Shown piece by piece: positions 54,701 through 63,053 of a DNA stretch of 64,000 nucleotides (its first letter is position 1; every line of letters starts with the position of its first letter). The DNA comes from Candidatus Saccharimonadota bacterium (GTDB lineage Bacteria; Patescibacteriota; Saccharimonadia; Saccharimonadales; 2-12-FULL-41-12), in contig JACRNE010000001.1 of assembly GCA_016219345.1 (NCBI GenBank), forward strand, positions 461 through 64,460. Direction: 5' to 3'. The notes beneath the pieces are model-generated. The model did not search any database. It was not told the origin of the DNA and saw only the letters and a list, made by a program, of their open reading frames with translations. Made by a program: the position numbers and the translations under genes.

Positions 54701-55468
54701 ATGACTGAATTCAAAGAAACAAGCCGAGCTTTGGCAGATCTACCTGCTGGTAGTTTGATTGGATTTGGTCAACATATAGACCCAAATATTTCTACAAAAC
54801 CAGGCGTGATGCTAGGTGATCTAGAATTTGATCCAACTAGGCATAATCCAATGGACATAAACCATCTATCGCCCCTTGGTATTGCTACTGATGCGCCTCA
54901 AGTACGGCAAACTTTCCCTCACAAGCCACTACATATTGCTTTTACACAGGACAGAACTAGCCGAGCCGGTCTTGATTCTCTAAACGAGATGAAGCAACGC
55001 TCTGGCCAGGCTATATATGAGGGCATAGATAGTGCCCTACACGGCGTGGGAGATATGGTTATGGCTAGCTCCGTTGATGGTCAAGATAGGGCGAGATTTA
55101 TAGATGATTCTGCAAACCAAGGTGGTATATCTTTTGCTATAAGTGATTTTGAAGGAATGGATCTGTCATCAGTAGATTTTGACCAACTTGTTGCTATCAA
55201 GGTAAATCATCTGCTAGAGAGGGAAATACCCCAAAATGTCGGATTTATAAGCCTTGGAGGTGCAGTCGAGCTAAATACAGGCGACAAAAGACGACTTGAT
55301 AGATTCAACGCAAGGCTAGAGGAACATCACCAGGAGATTGTAGAGGAGCTGGAAGGTGCTGGAGCTGAAGTTGTGTCTGTTGTTGTGGATCCCCGCGTGC
55401 AAGATGCCTTTGATGCTATACGTGTCGATTCTGGTATCGCAAAAGCACTCGATCGACTTGACAAATAA
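54701..55468 (+). CDS. DUF58-like protein (MoxR/vWA partner)
   Basis: Its position after MoxR and the FAISDFEGMD motif resemble the DUF58 SDF block. Tentative. Confidence 0.5.
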   Translation: MTEFKETSRALADLPAGSLIGFGQHIDPNISTKPGVMLGDLEFDPTRHNPMDINHLSPLGIATDAPQVRQTFPHKPLHIAFTQDRTSRAGLDSLNEMKQRSGQAIYEGIDSALHGVGDMVMASSVDGQDRARFIDDSANQGGISFAISDFEGMDLSSVDFDQLVAIKVNHLLEREIPQNVGFISLGGAVELNTGDKRRLDRFNARLEEHHQEIVEELEGAGAEVVSVVVDPRVQDAFDAIRVDSGIAKALDRLDK

Positions 55469-55493
55469 GCATTAGCGATAATATAGAATACTC

Positions 55494-55522
55494 TTGACAA
55501 TAAATCTAGAGACTGCTATAAT
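55494..55522 (+). promoter_or_regulatory. consensus sigma70 promoter of the surface-protein pair
   Basis: TTGACA (55494-55499), 17-nt spacer, TATAAT (55517-55522). A second TTGACA lies at 55458. Confidence 0.6.
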
Positions 55523-55585
55523 AACAATCAATCTGAAGTGAGTGGGCTTCGGTTTAGAGGACAACATATATTTAAGGAGTTTTGT

Positions 55586-56728
55586 ATGTCAGATTCAAGC
55601 ACAATGGAAGCAATAAAGCACCCTATTGTTTTCGCTCTCGAGAATAAGAATAAGGTGATGGCAATCGGCTTTACTGTAGCAGCTCTTGGCGCAGCAGGAA
55701 TATCTGGTTGCGGGGAAAAAGACGAGCCCTCAGCGGGCGCTAATGCTAACCCGGCGGTAGCTTGCGATGTAGAAGGTTTTGCCAATCATTCATCAGATTC
55801 ATCTGATTTTGATAACACCGCCTTTCTACCTAAAGCTCCGGAAGGCATCGATGATACTGAAGAGGCAGAGAAATATATCTATGACAACCCTGTTGTAGAT
55901 ATAGATAAATTAGATCCAAATAGCTTAGCTGCGTTGATGTCAGCCGTGACTACACCGGCAAACGATGGTGCTACTACTAAAACATCATATGACTATGTTG
56001 AATCCTTTAAATCATCTCTTAGCGCCTATGGCGCAGAAGCTGGTGGACTTGATCGTGCTAAAACAGACTGTGCAGAAACTGCTAACACTCTTATACAAAC
56101 AGCCGAATTTAATGATTCATGGGCTGAAAAGGGTGAAAAAGTTGTAAGAATATCTGCTGAGCGTAACGAAAATTACGAAGTAGAAGGAATGAAACTAGAA
56201 AAACTAGTAGCAACCGATACACTATCTGGTGTAGAAGTAAAAGTTCGTGATACTAGCAAAGATATTGATGGCTTCACACCTGTACTTATATCAGCTGATG
56301 GGAATATGTACGTAAAAGGCGTTGTTGTTGAGAAACAAGCCGAGAATGATGAGAAAGAACGAGACGGTAAAAAAGGCGATAACGACCGCAATAATAAAGG
56401 TCAAAGCAAGCGCGGTGCCAAAGGCGGCGGCGGTTCAGGCCAAGATGGCGGAACTGGCGGCGGTAAAGGCGGCGGTGAAGGCAATGGCTGTGGTGGAAGC
56501 GGTTGCGGTAAAGGCGACAAAGGCGGAAACGATGGCGGCGGTGATGATGGCTGCGGAACAAATTGTGGTGATGATAATCCAAATCCTCCTCAACCACCTA
56601 ACCCTCCACAACCTCCAAATCCTCCTCAACCACCTAACCCTCCACAACCACCTAACCCTCCACAACCTCCAACCCCAGAGAATCCTAAAGGAGATGACCC
56701 AGGTCTTCCTCCAGGTGCACCAAATTAA
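55586..56728 (+). CDS. lipoprotein with acidic domain, Gly/Cys-rich tract and PPNPPQ repeats
   Basis: AAGGAG 7 nt upstream of the ATG. Lipobox AAGISG|C. Tail GGGGSGQDGGTGGGKGGGEGNGCGGSGCGKGDKGGNDGGGDDGCGTNCG, then (PPQPPN)n. Confidence 0.65.
   Translation: MSDSSTMEAIKHPIVFALENKNKVMAIGFTVAALGAAGISGCGEKDEPSAGANANPAVACDVEGFANHSSDSSDFDNTAFLPKAPEGIDDTEEAEKYIYDNPVVDIDKLDPNSLAALMSAVTTPANDGATTKTSYDYVESFKSSLSAYGAEAGGLDRAKTDCAETANTLIQTAEFNDSWAEKGEKVVRISAERNENYEVEGMKLEKLVATDTLSGVEVKVRDTSKDIDGFTPVLISADGNMYVKGVVVEKQAENDEKERDGKKGDNDRNNKGQSKRGAKGGGGSGQDGGTGGGKGGGEGNGCGGSGCGKGDKGGNDGGGDDGCGTNCGDDNPNPPQPPNPPQPPNPPQPPNPPQPPNPPQPPTPENPKGDDPGLPPGAPN
56576..56675 (+). repeat. coding tandem repeat, 18-nt unit (PPQPPN), about 5.5 copies
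   Basis: cctcctcaaccacctaac / cctccacaacctccaaat alternate. The translation is NPPQPPNPPQPPNPPQPPNPPQPPNPPQPPTP. Confidence 0.8.
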
Positions 56729-56753
56729 TAAGGCTTTATAAGGAGAATATAAG

Positions 56754-57839
56754 ATGAAATTACGCAAGATTTTAAACAAACTAGCCGCAGCAACAGCAGC
56801 AATGACATTTGCTTCAGTTGTGGTTCTATCCGGCGGAGTAGTAACAGCTATTCCTTATCAGGCTGGTGCAAATAACGGAACAAACTATCCAGCATTTAAC
56901 GTCTTCACTGGTACGCCAAGTGAGGGTGATGAAAGTGACTTCTTCAAAGGCAAGGAAGAGACAAATTCTGGTCCATCAACAAACGTTGTTAATAGCGCTT
57001 GTAACGACGGAACAAGATTTACATTACGTGTATATGTACACAATGGTGCAAACCCTGACACAAACCAAGGCGGTTCTGGCCCAGGTGTAGCACATGGTAC
57101 TAAAGTAAGAGTCCAGCTACCTGGCGCAAATGCAAGCACCTTCACCCCTTCAGCGACTATATCTGCTACAAACGCTACAACTGTTAGCGACAATATGACA
57201 ATAAACTGTGGTGGCAAAACTGTAAAACTTAGCTATGTTAATGGCTCAGCAAGACAATTCAGCTCACTAAGTGGCACACAGGGTCTAAATGACTCAATAG
57301 TTACTAGCGGTGCTGCGATCGGTACCTACTCTCCTAATGGTGACGTTTGGGGATGTTGGGACCAGAGAGTATACGTAACTCTAACTGTATTAGTTAACGA
57401 TATACCTAACGAAGTTACCTCTCTAGGTGAGTGTAGAGTTCTTGATGTAACTCCTGCTGCTAACCGCACTATAAATGTTAATCTAAATGGTCAAGTTACT
57501 AACGCAACAATAGTTGGCTATCATGTTGACTACGGAGATGGAAGTTCGTCTACGCAACAGACTAGTACTCATCAGTACGCTCAGGATGGTACATACATCA
57601 TAAGAGGAACTGTAACAGTACGTTTCGCTGATGGTACTACAGCCGAAAGAACGGCCACGTCATGCGTAAAACAAGTTACATTTAGGGGAGATCGTCCGCC
57701 AGAAGTAGTTCCTCCGACAACTACGCCAACAGAGCTTCCAAAAACAGGTCCTGGTGCAATAGTAGCTACTTTCCTAGCAGTTACTTCAATCAGCTCAGCG
57801 GCTTACTACGCAATCGTACGTAAATTCGCAGGAGTCTAA
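56754..57839 (+). CDS. LPXTG-anchored surface protein with PKD-like domain
   Basis: Signal peptide, then PKD-like YHVDYGDGSSSTQQTSTHQYAQDGTYIIRGTVTV. Sorting signal LPKTGPG plus a hydrophobic stretch plus RKFAGV. Confidence 0.8.
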   Translation: MKLRKILNKLAAATAAMTFASVVVLSGGVVTAIPYQAGANNGTNYPAFNVFTGTPSEGDESDFFKGKEETNSGPSTNVVNSACNDGTRFTLRVYVHNGANPDTNQGGSGPGVAHGTKVRVQLPGANASTFTPSATISATNATTVSDNMTINCGGKTVKLSYVNGSARQFSSLSGTQGLNDSIVTSGAAIGTYSPNGDVWGCWDQRVYVTLTVLVNDIPNEVTSLGECRVLDVTPAANRTINVNLNGQVTNATIVGYHVDYGDGSSSTQQTSTHQYAQDGTYIIRGTVTVRFADGTTAERTATSCVKQVTFRGDRPPEVVPPTTTPTELPKTGPGAIVATFLAVTSISSAAYYAIVRKFAGV

Positions 57840-57853
57840 CAAATACACACCAT

Positions 57854-57881
57854 CTAGTCCTCGGCATCGTCCGAGGACTAG
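57854..57881 (+). terminator. hairpin after the LPXTG gene
   Basis: ctagtcctcgg/ccgaggactag 11-bp stem with a 6-nt loop. No U tract. Confidence 0.45.
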
Positions 57882-57991
57882 GCTTGTGGATAAAGGGTGG
57901 CCAAACTGGCCGAAATGTGCTAACGTTTAAACAGTTTACGAGCAATGACTGACCGCTCTTCAACTAAAACAAATAATTGAAACAAAAACCT

Positions 57992-58026
57992 CTCCCTGTC
58001 TGTGTAAGGGTAAGGGAGTTTTTTAT
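57992..58026 (+). terminator. intrinsic terminator with U tract, no ORF upstream
   Basis: ctccct..agggag stem followed by tttttt. Confidence 0.55.
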
Positions 58027-58067
58027 TTACCTCTGTTATGATAAACTCTAACAGAGTAATTGTCTTC

Positions 58068-58142
58068 GGTCCCATCGTCTAACGGCTAGGACACCAGGTT
58101 TTCATCCTGGCAATAGGGGTTCGATTCCCCTTGGGATCACCA
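58068..58142 (+). tRNA. tRNA-Glu(TTC), CCA encoded
   Basis: GGTCCCATCGTCTAACGGCTAGGACACCAGGTTTTCATCCTGG..GGTTCGATTCCCCTTGGGATCACCA. Confidence 0.95.
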
Positions 58143-58143
58143 T

Positions 58144-58176
58144 AAAAATCGCTCAGCATTCGCTGGGCTATTTTTA
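58144..58176 (+). terminator. terminator hairpin after tRNA-Glu
   Basis: aaaaat gctcagc attc gctgggc tattttt. Confidence 0.55.
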
Positions 58177-58243
58177 TGTTAATTCTCAAGAGAATCGAAC
58201 GGGAATGCCACATGGCGCATTCCCCGGCACCCGCCTAGGCGGG

Positions 58244-58256
58244 CGATTCCCCTTGG
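58244..58256 (+). repeat. duplicated 13-nt segment of the tRNA-Glu T-arm/acceptor
   Basis: cgattccccttgg is identical to 58122-58134. Flanks are partly similar (gg..cgattccccttgg.at.c). Confidence 0.6.
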
Positions 58257-58339
58257 ATTCGTGCATACGGCTCCTTCGCTCGTCGCTGCCCGCCTAGCTA
58301 GAAATGAAATCATCTGATTCTGGTTGAGGTGAATCGAAT

Positions 58340-58690
58340 TTATAAACTTAAGAACAACTGCACGGAAAGAGCGAATAGCGGTATAGCAGGTAACATGGCC
58401 CACCACTCACTTCCTTTCGTATGAACCGTACCATCAGGAGAAACCCTAAGTTTTAAAGGTTCGCGAAAATAAACAGCAACTCGGTTTGTCTCCGCCTGTT
58501 TAACTTTTCCTTCTTTGTCGACGAACTCCACAATAGGGAAATTTGATCTAGAACGAAATGCTCGTCCTCTATCAACAAATTTGCCCTTAGTTTCATACCA
58601 GGAGCGGGTGCCCCATCTGAGCCAAAAGAACATGCCAAAAAATACAAGACTAAAGATTAAAAAGAAGAATGCACTAAAAAGATTACTCAT
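58340..58690 (-). CDS. DUF3592-like small membrane protein
   Basis: 116 aa from the ATG at 58690. N- and C-terminal TM helices flank a beta-rich segment (FPIVEFVDKEGKVKQAE). Confidence 0.5.
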   Translation of the reverse strand: MSNLFSAFFFLIFSLVFFGMFFWLRWGTRSWYETKGKFVDRGRAFRSRSNFPIVEFVDKEGKVKQAETNRVAVYFREPLKLRVSPDGTVHTKGSEWWAMLPAIPLFALSVQLFLSL

Positions 58691-58762
58691 AATAATGAAA
58701 TTATACAGGTTTTGGAGTAGGTTTCTTGCAGAGAAGAAGCATAAGAAGTTAGAATTATACAA

Positions 58763-60193
58763 ATGGGTGGCGAAAAAGAAATACCAATTCAATCATTCAA
58801 GCGGACAAAAATCGTGGCAACCCTTGGGCCCGCCACTAACTCCTATGAGTTAATTTTTGATCTTCTGAAGTCAGGCGCAAACGGCATAAGGCTTAATTTT
58901 TCTCATGGAACATACGAAGAGCGAGAGGCGCAGATTACTTGGGTTAGAAAAGCTTCAAAAGAGCTAAAAAAACCGGTTGCTATAATCCAAGATTTACAAG
59001 GGCCAAAGATTCGGCTAGGTGATTTTGAAGACATAATTAATGTTGCTTCGGGGCAGAGCTTAACTTTTGCTTATCAGTCGGACTACGAAAGATCAGGCCA
59101 CATACCTTTACAATATGACATCTCAAAAAAAGTTAAGCGTGGTGAAAGACTATTTTTGTTCGATGGCAGAATTAGAACTACTATAACCAGCGTCAGTGAA
59201 GGAGTTGTTCATGTCAGGGCTGAAAATGATGGAGTTTTAGTTAAGCGCAAAGGTGTAAATCTGCCTGATACTGACTTTGAAGGTGATGTGATTACCTCCA
59301 AAGATAAAGAGGATGTGGCTTTCGGATCAAATAATGATATTGATTATGTTGCGCAGAGCTTTGTCCAGTCAGCGCACGACATAGTTAAATTGCGTCGGAT
59401 TTTACGTAATTTAGGAAGTAGTGCAAAAATTATTGCCAAGATTGAGACTAGCTCGGCTGCTGAAAATATCGAAGAAATTATCAAAGAAACCGATGTGGTG
59501 ATGATAGCTCGTGGTGATCTGGCGATGGAGACATCACCAGAGTCTGTGCCAATACTTCAGCGCAAAATCATTGAGCTGTGCAAGAAATATGCAAAGCCTT
59601 CTATAGTTGCTACGCAAATGCTTGCTAGCATGACTGACAGGCCAGAACCAACGCGGGCGGAAATATCTGATGTAGCCACATCTGTTATTTTGGGCGCGGA
59701 TTCCGTGATGCTTAGTGACGAAACTGCAAGCGGCCAGTATCCGATAGAGTCCATAAAGGTCATGAAGAGAGTAGTTAACTACACACAGGAGCATACGCTC
59801 GAGCCAATAATGACCAGCTTTGCTAATGTGGACGTTAAATACAGTATTGGCCGGGCAATACCGAAGGCCATAATAGGTCTGGCTAAAGAGGTAAAAGCTG
59901 TAGCTATAGTAGCCGAAACAAAATCCGGTGCTACCGCCGTGAATATCTCATCTCACCGGCCAACCGTCCCGATCATTGCTGTAACCTCCTCTCCAAGGGT
60001 TGCGCAGCAGCTAGCCATTGTCTATGGCACTAAAAGCTATGTTCAACCAGATGATCGTTTGCAGGCAACAAAATTAACCAATTTGCTGCTCAGGACGAAA
60101 CTCTTTAAAAAAGGCGACATAGTAATAACCGCCAGCGGCCAACAGCCAGGGGTGGTAGGTACGACCGATACAATAAAAGTAAGAGCTCTGTAA
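58763..60193 (+). CDS. pyk: pyruvate kinase
   Basis: RTKIVATLGPAT, GANGIRLNFSHG, MIARGDLAME, ATQMLASM. Confidence 0.95.
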   Translation: MGGEKEIPIQSFKRTKIVATLGPATNSYELIFDLLKSGANGIRLNFSHGTYEEREAQITWVRKASKELKKPVAIIQDLQGPKIRLGDFEDIINVASGQSLTFAYQSDYERSGHIPLQYDISKKVKRGERLFLFDGRIRTTITSVSEGVVHVRAENDGVLVKRKGVNLPDTDFEGDVITSKDKEDVAFGSNNDIDYVAQSFVQSAHDIVKLRRILRNLGSSAKIIAKIETSSAAENIEEIIKETDVVMIARGDLAMETSPESVPILQRKIIELCKKYAKPSIVATQMLASMTDRPEPTRAEISDVATSVILGADSVMLSDETASGQYPIESIKVMKRVVNYTQEHTLEPIMTSFANVDVKYSIGRAIPKAIIGLAKEVKAVAIVAETKSGATAVNISSHRPTVPIIAVTSSPRVAQQLAIVYGTKSYVQPDDRLQATKLTNLLLRTKLFKKGDIVITASGQQPGVVGTTDTIKVRAL

Positions 60194-60246
60194 GATTTTG
60201 CACAAATCCTATAAAATATATCTAAAGTAAATATAACTATTATTAG

Positions 60247-61536
60247 GTGGGCATGTTTCATAAAAAAACAATTAAAGATATAGATATCTCTGGCAAAACC
60301 GTGCTAGTGCGGGTTGATTACAATGTGCCAATTAAAGATGGTGTAATCACGGACGATTACCGGCTCAAGAAGTCGTTACCAACTCTTGAGTATCTGATTG
60401 AGAAGGGTTGCAAGATTATTTTGGTCTCGCACCTGGGTAGACCAAAGGGCAAGATTGATAAAAGCTTAAGCTTAAAGCCTTGTGCGGAACAACTAGAAAA
60501 ATTGCTAGGTAAAAATGTCCACTTCGCTGAAAGCTGCATTGGTGAAGACGTTAAAAACAAGATTAGGGAACTATCTTCTGGAGAGGTGATTTTGCTAGAA
60601 AACATTCGCTTCCATCCAGAGGAAGAATCTAACGATGAAGCCTTCGCTAAAAACCTTGCTTCTTACGCAGAAGTATTTGTGCAAGATGCTTTTGGAGTTG
60701 TCCACCATCCGTCGGTATCAGTCTCTGAGCTACCCAAACATCTCCCAGCAGTGGCTGGGCTTCTGGTGGAGAAAGAAGTATCCGCAATAACTGAAATGAT
60801 GGAAAATCCTCCTAGGCCTCTAATGGCCATAATCGGAGGAGCGAAAATCAGCGACAAACTAGATATAATAAATCGTTTCATAGATGTAGCAGACATAGTT
60901 GCTATTGGTGGAGCTATGGCAAACACATTTCTTCTAGCTGAAGGTATAGAGGTGGGCGAGAGTCTAGCTGAGTCTGAGGAAGTTCCAAAGGCTATAGAGA
61001 TTTTGGGCAAAGCACGAGATAAAGCCAAAAAAGGCAGTTTTGTTTTTTACGTTCCCCAGGACGGTGTAGTTGCCAAGGAAATGGATAGCAAGGCCAAAAC
61101 CAGAATTGTTGACTGGGGTACTCATGCCATTGCCGAGATAGAAAATTATCCCAAGCACCCCAAACCAGAAGATAGCCTAGTCCAGAAAGATGAAAAGATA
61201 TTAGATGTAGGACCTTTTTCCGGTGCATTTATAGCAGGCTGCACACAGCTAGCCCGTTCAGTAGTTTGGAATGGCGCTATGGGTGTTACAGAGATTGAGG
61301 GGCTGCAAAGCCCTACAGGACCGTTCTCGCATGGCACAGAGTTAATTGTTGAAGCCTTGATGGGCCAGTTTGGCCATAGGCCTAAGAGTTTGATAGGTGG
61401 GGGCGACACGGTTGGTTATGTGGAGTCTCGTGGCCTGACAGATAAGTTTGATCATGTTTCGACTGGCGGCGGGGCCAGCATGGATCTTTTAAGCGGTAAA
61501 AAACTACCAGGAGTCGAAGCTCTGCAGGACAAATGA
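60247..61536 (+). CDS. pgk: phosphoglycerate kinase
   Basis: VLVRVDYNVP, SHLGRPKG, GGGDT, STGGGAS. The start is either GTG 60247 or ATG 60253. Confidence 0.95.
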   Translation: MGMFHKKTIKDIDISGKTVLVRVDYNVPIKDGVITDDYRLKKSLPTLEYLIEKGCKIILVSHLGRPKGKIDKSLSLKPCAEQLEKLLGKNVHFAESCIGEDVKNKIRELSSGEVILLENIRFHPEEESNDEAFAKNLASYAEVFVQDAFGVVHHPSVSVSELPKHLPAVAGLLVEKEVSAITEMMENPPRPLMAIIGGAKISDKLDIINRFIDVADIVAIGGAMANTFLLAEGIEVGESLAESEEVPKAIEILGKARDKAKKGSFVFYVPQDGVVAKEMDSKAKTRIVDWGTHAIAEIENYPKHPKPEDSLVQKDEKILDVGPFSGAFIAGCTQLARSVVWNGAMGVTEIEGLQSPTGPFSHGTELIVEALMGQFGHRPKSLIGGGDTVGYVESRGLTDKFDHVSTGGGASMDLLSGKKLPGVEALQDK

Positions 61537-61558
61537 TAAGATAAGCATAAGGTTTTTT

Positions 61559-62344
61559 ATGAAAAGAACATTAATTGTCGGCAACTGGAAAATGCATCTG
61601 AACGTAGCTCAGTCTAGCTTGTTGGTGGCGCGCCTTCATAAGCACATCGATGGACATAGAGATATTGAGGTTGTTTTAGCGCCTAGCATGGTAGCACTTC
61701 AGCCCATAAGCACACAGATTGATAGACGGCGATTCCGCCTAGCAGCCCAGGACGCCTATCATAAGGACGAAGGTGCATATACTGGTGAAGTTTCTTTTCA
61801 TATGCTCAGGGATTTGGTTCACTATGTGATTGTTGGCCACTCAGAGCGACGTATTTTCTTTAACGAGGGTTTGGACGTAGTTCGAGATAAAGTCTCTGCC
61901 TGCGTACGCAACGGAATGACGCCTATTCTCTGTGTAGGTGAAACTGCCCAGGAAAGAGCGGGTGGAGAGACTAAGCAAGTTTTACATGACCAAGTTGTAT
62001 CTGCGTTGAGTAATCTCACGGGCGTTGAGGTAGCTAATATGGTCATAGCCTATGAACCCGTATGGGCTATTAGTACTTTTGGCGGACAGATTGCCAAGCC
62101 TTCTGACGTGGTTGGGGAAATGGCATTTATCCGGCATCAAATAACGGAACTTTATGGATCGCACGTATCAAAACATACAAGGATTATTTATGGTGGCAGT
62201 GTAGATGATCATTCAGCTAGAGCCTACCTGGAAATTGATGATTGTGATGGTGTATTGCCGGGAAATGCTAGTTTAAATTACCATAAATTTACAGGAATAG
62301 TAGATAGTGCCTATAAAATGAACAGGGATAAAAAAGATGACTAA
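61559..62344 (+). CDS. tpiA: triosephosphate isomerase
   Basis: VGNWKMH, VGHSERR, AYEPVWAI, YGGSV. Confidence 0.95.
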   Translation: MKRTLIVGNWKMHLNVAQSSLLVARLHKHIDGHRDIEVVLAPSMVALQPISTQIDRRRFRLAAQDAYHKDEGAYTGEVSFHMLRDLVHYVIVGHSERRIFFNEGLDVVRDKVSACVRNGMTPILCVGETAQERAGGETKQVLHDQVVSALSNLTGVEVANMVIAYEPVWAISTFGGQIAKPSDVVGEMAFIRHQITELYGSHVSKHTRIIYGGSVDDHSARAYLEIDDCDGVLPGNASLNYHKFTGIVDSAYKMNRDKKDD

Positions 62345-63002
62345 GAAAACCACAAAAAAAGACGATAAAGATGAAGTACCTTCAGCTCCGGCGGTTTTTG
62401 ATGTTTCCAAGCCAGGTGAGACGGCGGCTCATCCCACATCAAAGCCGGTGATTGTAGGGCATACATCTACATTAAAACAAGATCCTATGGTTGCTCCAGC
62501 CTCTGAAATGGAGGAAGCAGAAGACAAAAAAGATAATATAAGTAAAAAAGCAGAATTAGTAGTACAGCCTATCTCCGAAGATCAGTCAGACGAAGAGGAA
62601 GCGTCCAAAGAGGAAAAAGATAGCTCAGAAGACGAAGAAGAAAAAGCTGAGCCAGACTCGGATGATAAGCCGGAGCAAGATTCAGAACCAAAAGCAGACG
62701 AGAAACCTGATTCATCCGATAGTGGAGAAATTGAAGCACTGGCAAGTGAGGCGGAGTCTAAAAAACAATCCAAAAAAGAGCTTGAAGAAGAAAAAAAAGA
62801 AGAAGAAAAAATCAAAGAACTCGCAAATAGTAAAAAATATTTTCTACCGATTCGTGAAGGTGGAAAGAAGCGTTCGGGCGAAATTATGATGATTTGGTTT
62901 TTACTGACCTCAATCCTTATTACTGCGGCGGCCTGGTTTGTCATTGATGCGGGTTATTATGATCCTGGGTTTGAGCTACCATATGACTTCATTAAGAACT
63001 AA
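62337..63002 (+). CDS. acidic low-complexity protein with C-terminal TM anchor
   Basis: Overlaps the tpiA stop by 8 nt. D/E/K/S-rich body (SDEEEASKEEKDSSEDEEEKAEPDSDDKPEQDSEPK) and TM helix IMMIWFLLTSILITAAAWFVI. Confidence 0.5.
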   Translation: MTKKTTKKDDKDEVPSAPAVFDVSKPGETAAHPTSKPVIVGHTSTLKQDPMVAPASEMEEAEDKKDNISKKAELVVQPISEDQSDEEEASKEEKDSSEDEEEKAEPDSDDKPEQDSEPKADEKPDSSDSGEIEALASEAESKKQSKKELEEEKKEEEKIKELANSKKYFLPIREGGKKRSGEIMMIWFLLTSILITAAAWFVIDAGYYDPGFELPYDFIKN

Positions 63003-63053
63003 ATGTCGATTTTAAGGAAAAAGTACAACGATCTTCTCTGTTAGAATATATAG

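Noticed and set aside
56576-56675. CRISPR-like repeat array
   Set aside because: The repeats are contiguous 18-nt units with no spacers. They lie in frame inside a CDS (PPQPPN), and there are no cas genes in the window.
57884-57892. DnaA box TGTGGATAA (TTATCCACA) as a sign of a replication origin
   Set aside because: This is a single perfect 9-mer, and about 0.5 such hits are expected by chance in 64 kb on both strands. There is no cluster of boxes, no AT-rich unwinding element context and no dnaA or dnaN nearby.
58068-58339. Integrated mobile element or prophage at tRNA-Glu
   Set aside because: Only a 13-nt tRNA-end duplicate lies 122 nt downstream. The neighbouring genes (DUF3592, pyk, pgk, tpiA) are housekeeping, with no integrase, excisionase or phage genes. 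At most this is a scar, and it is reported as such.
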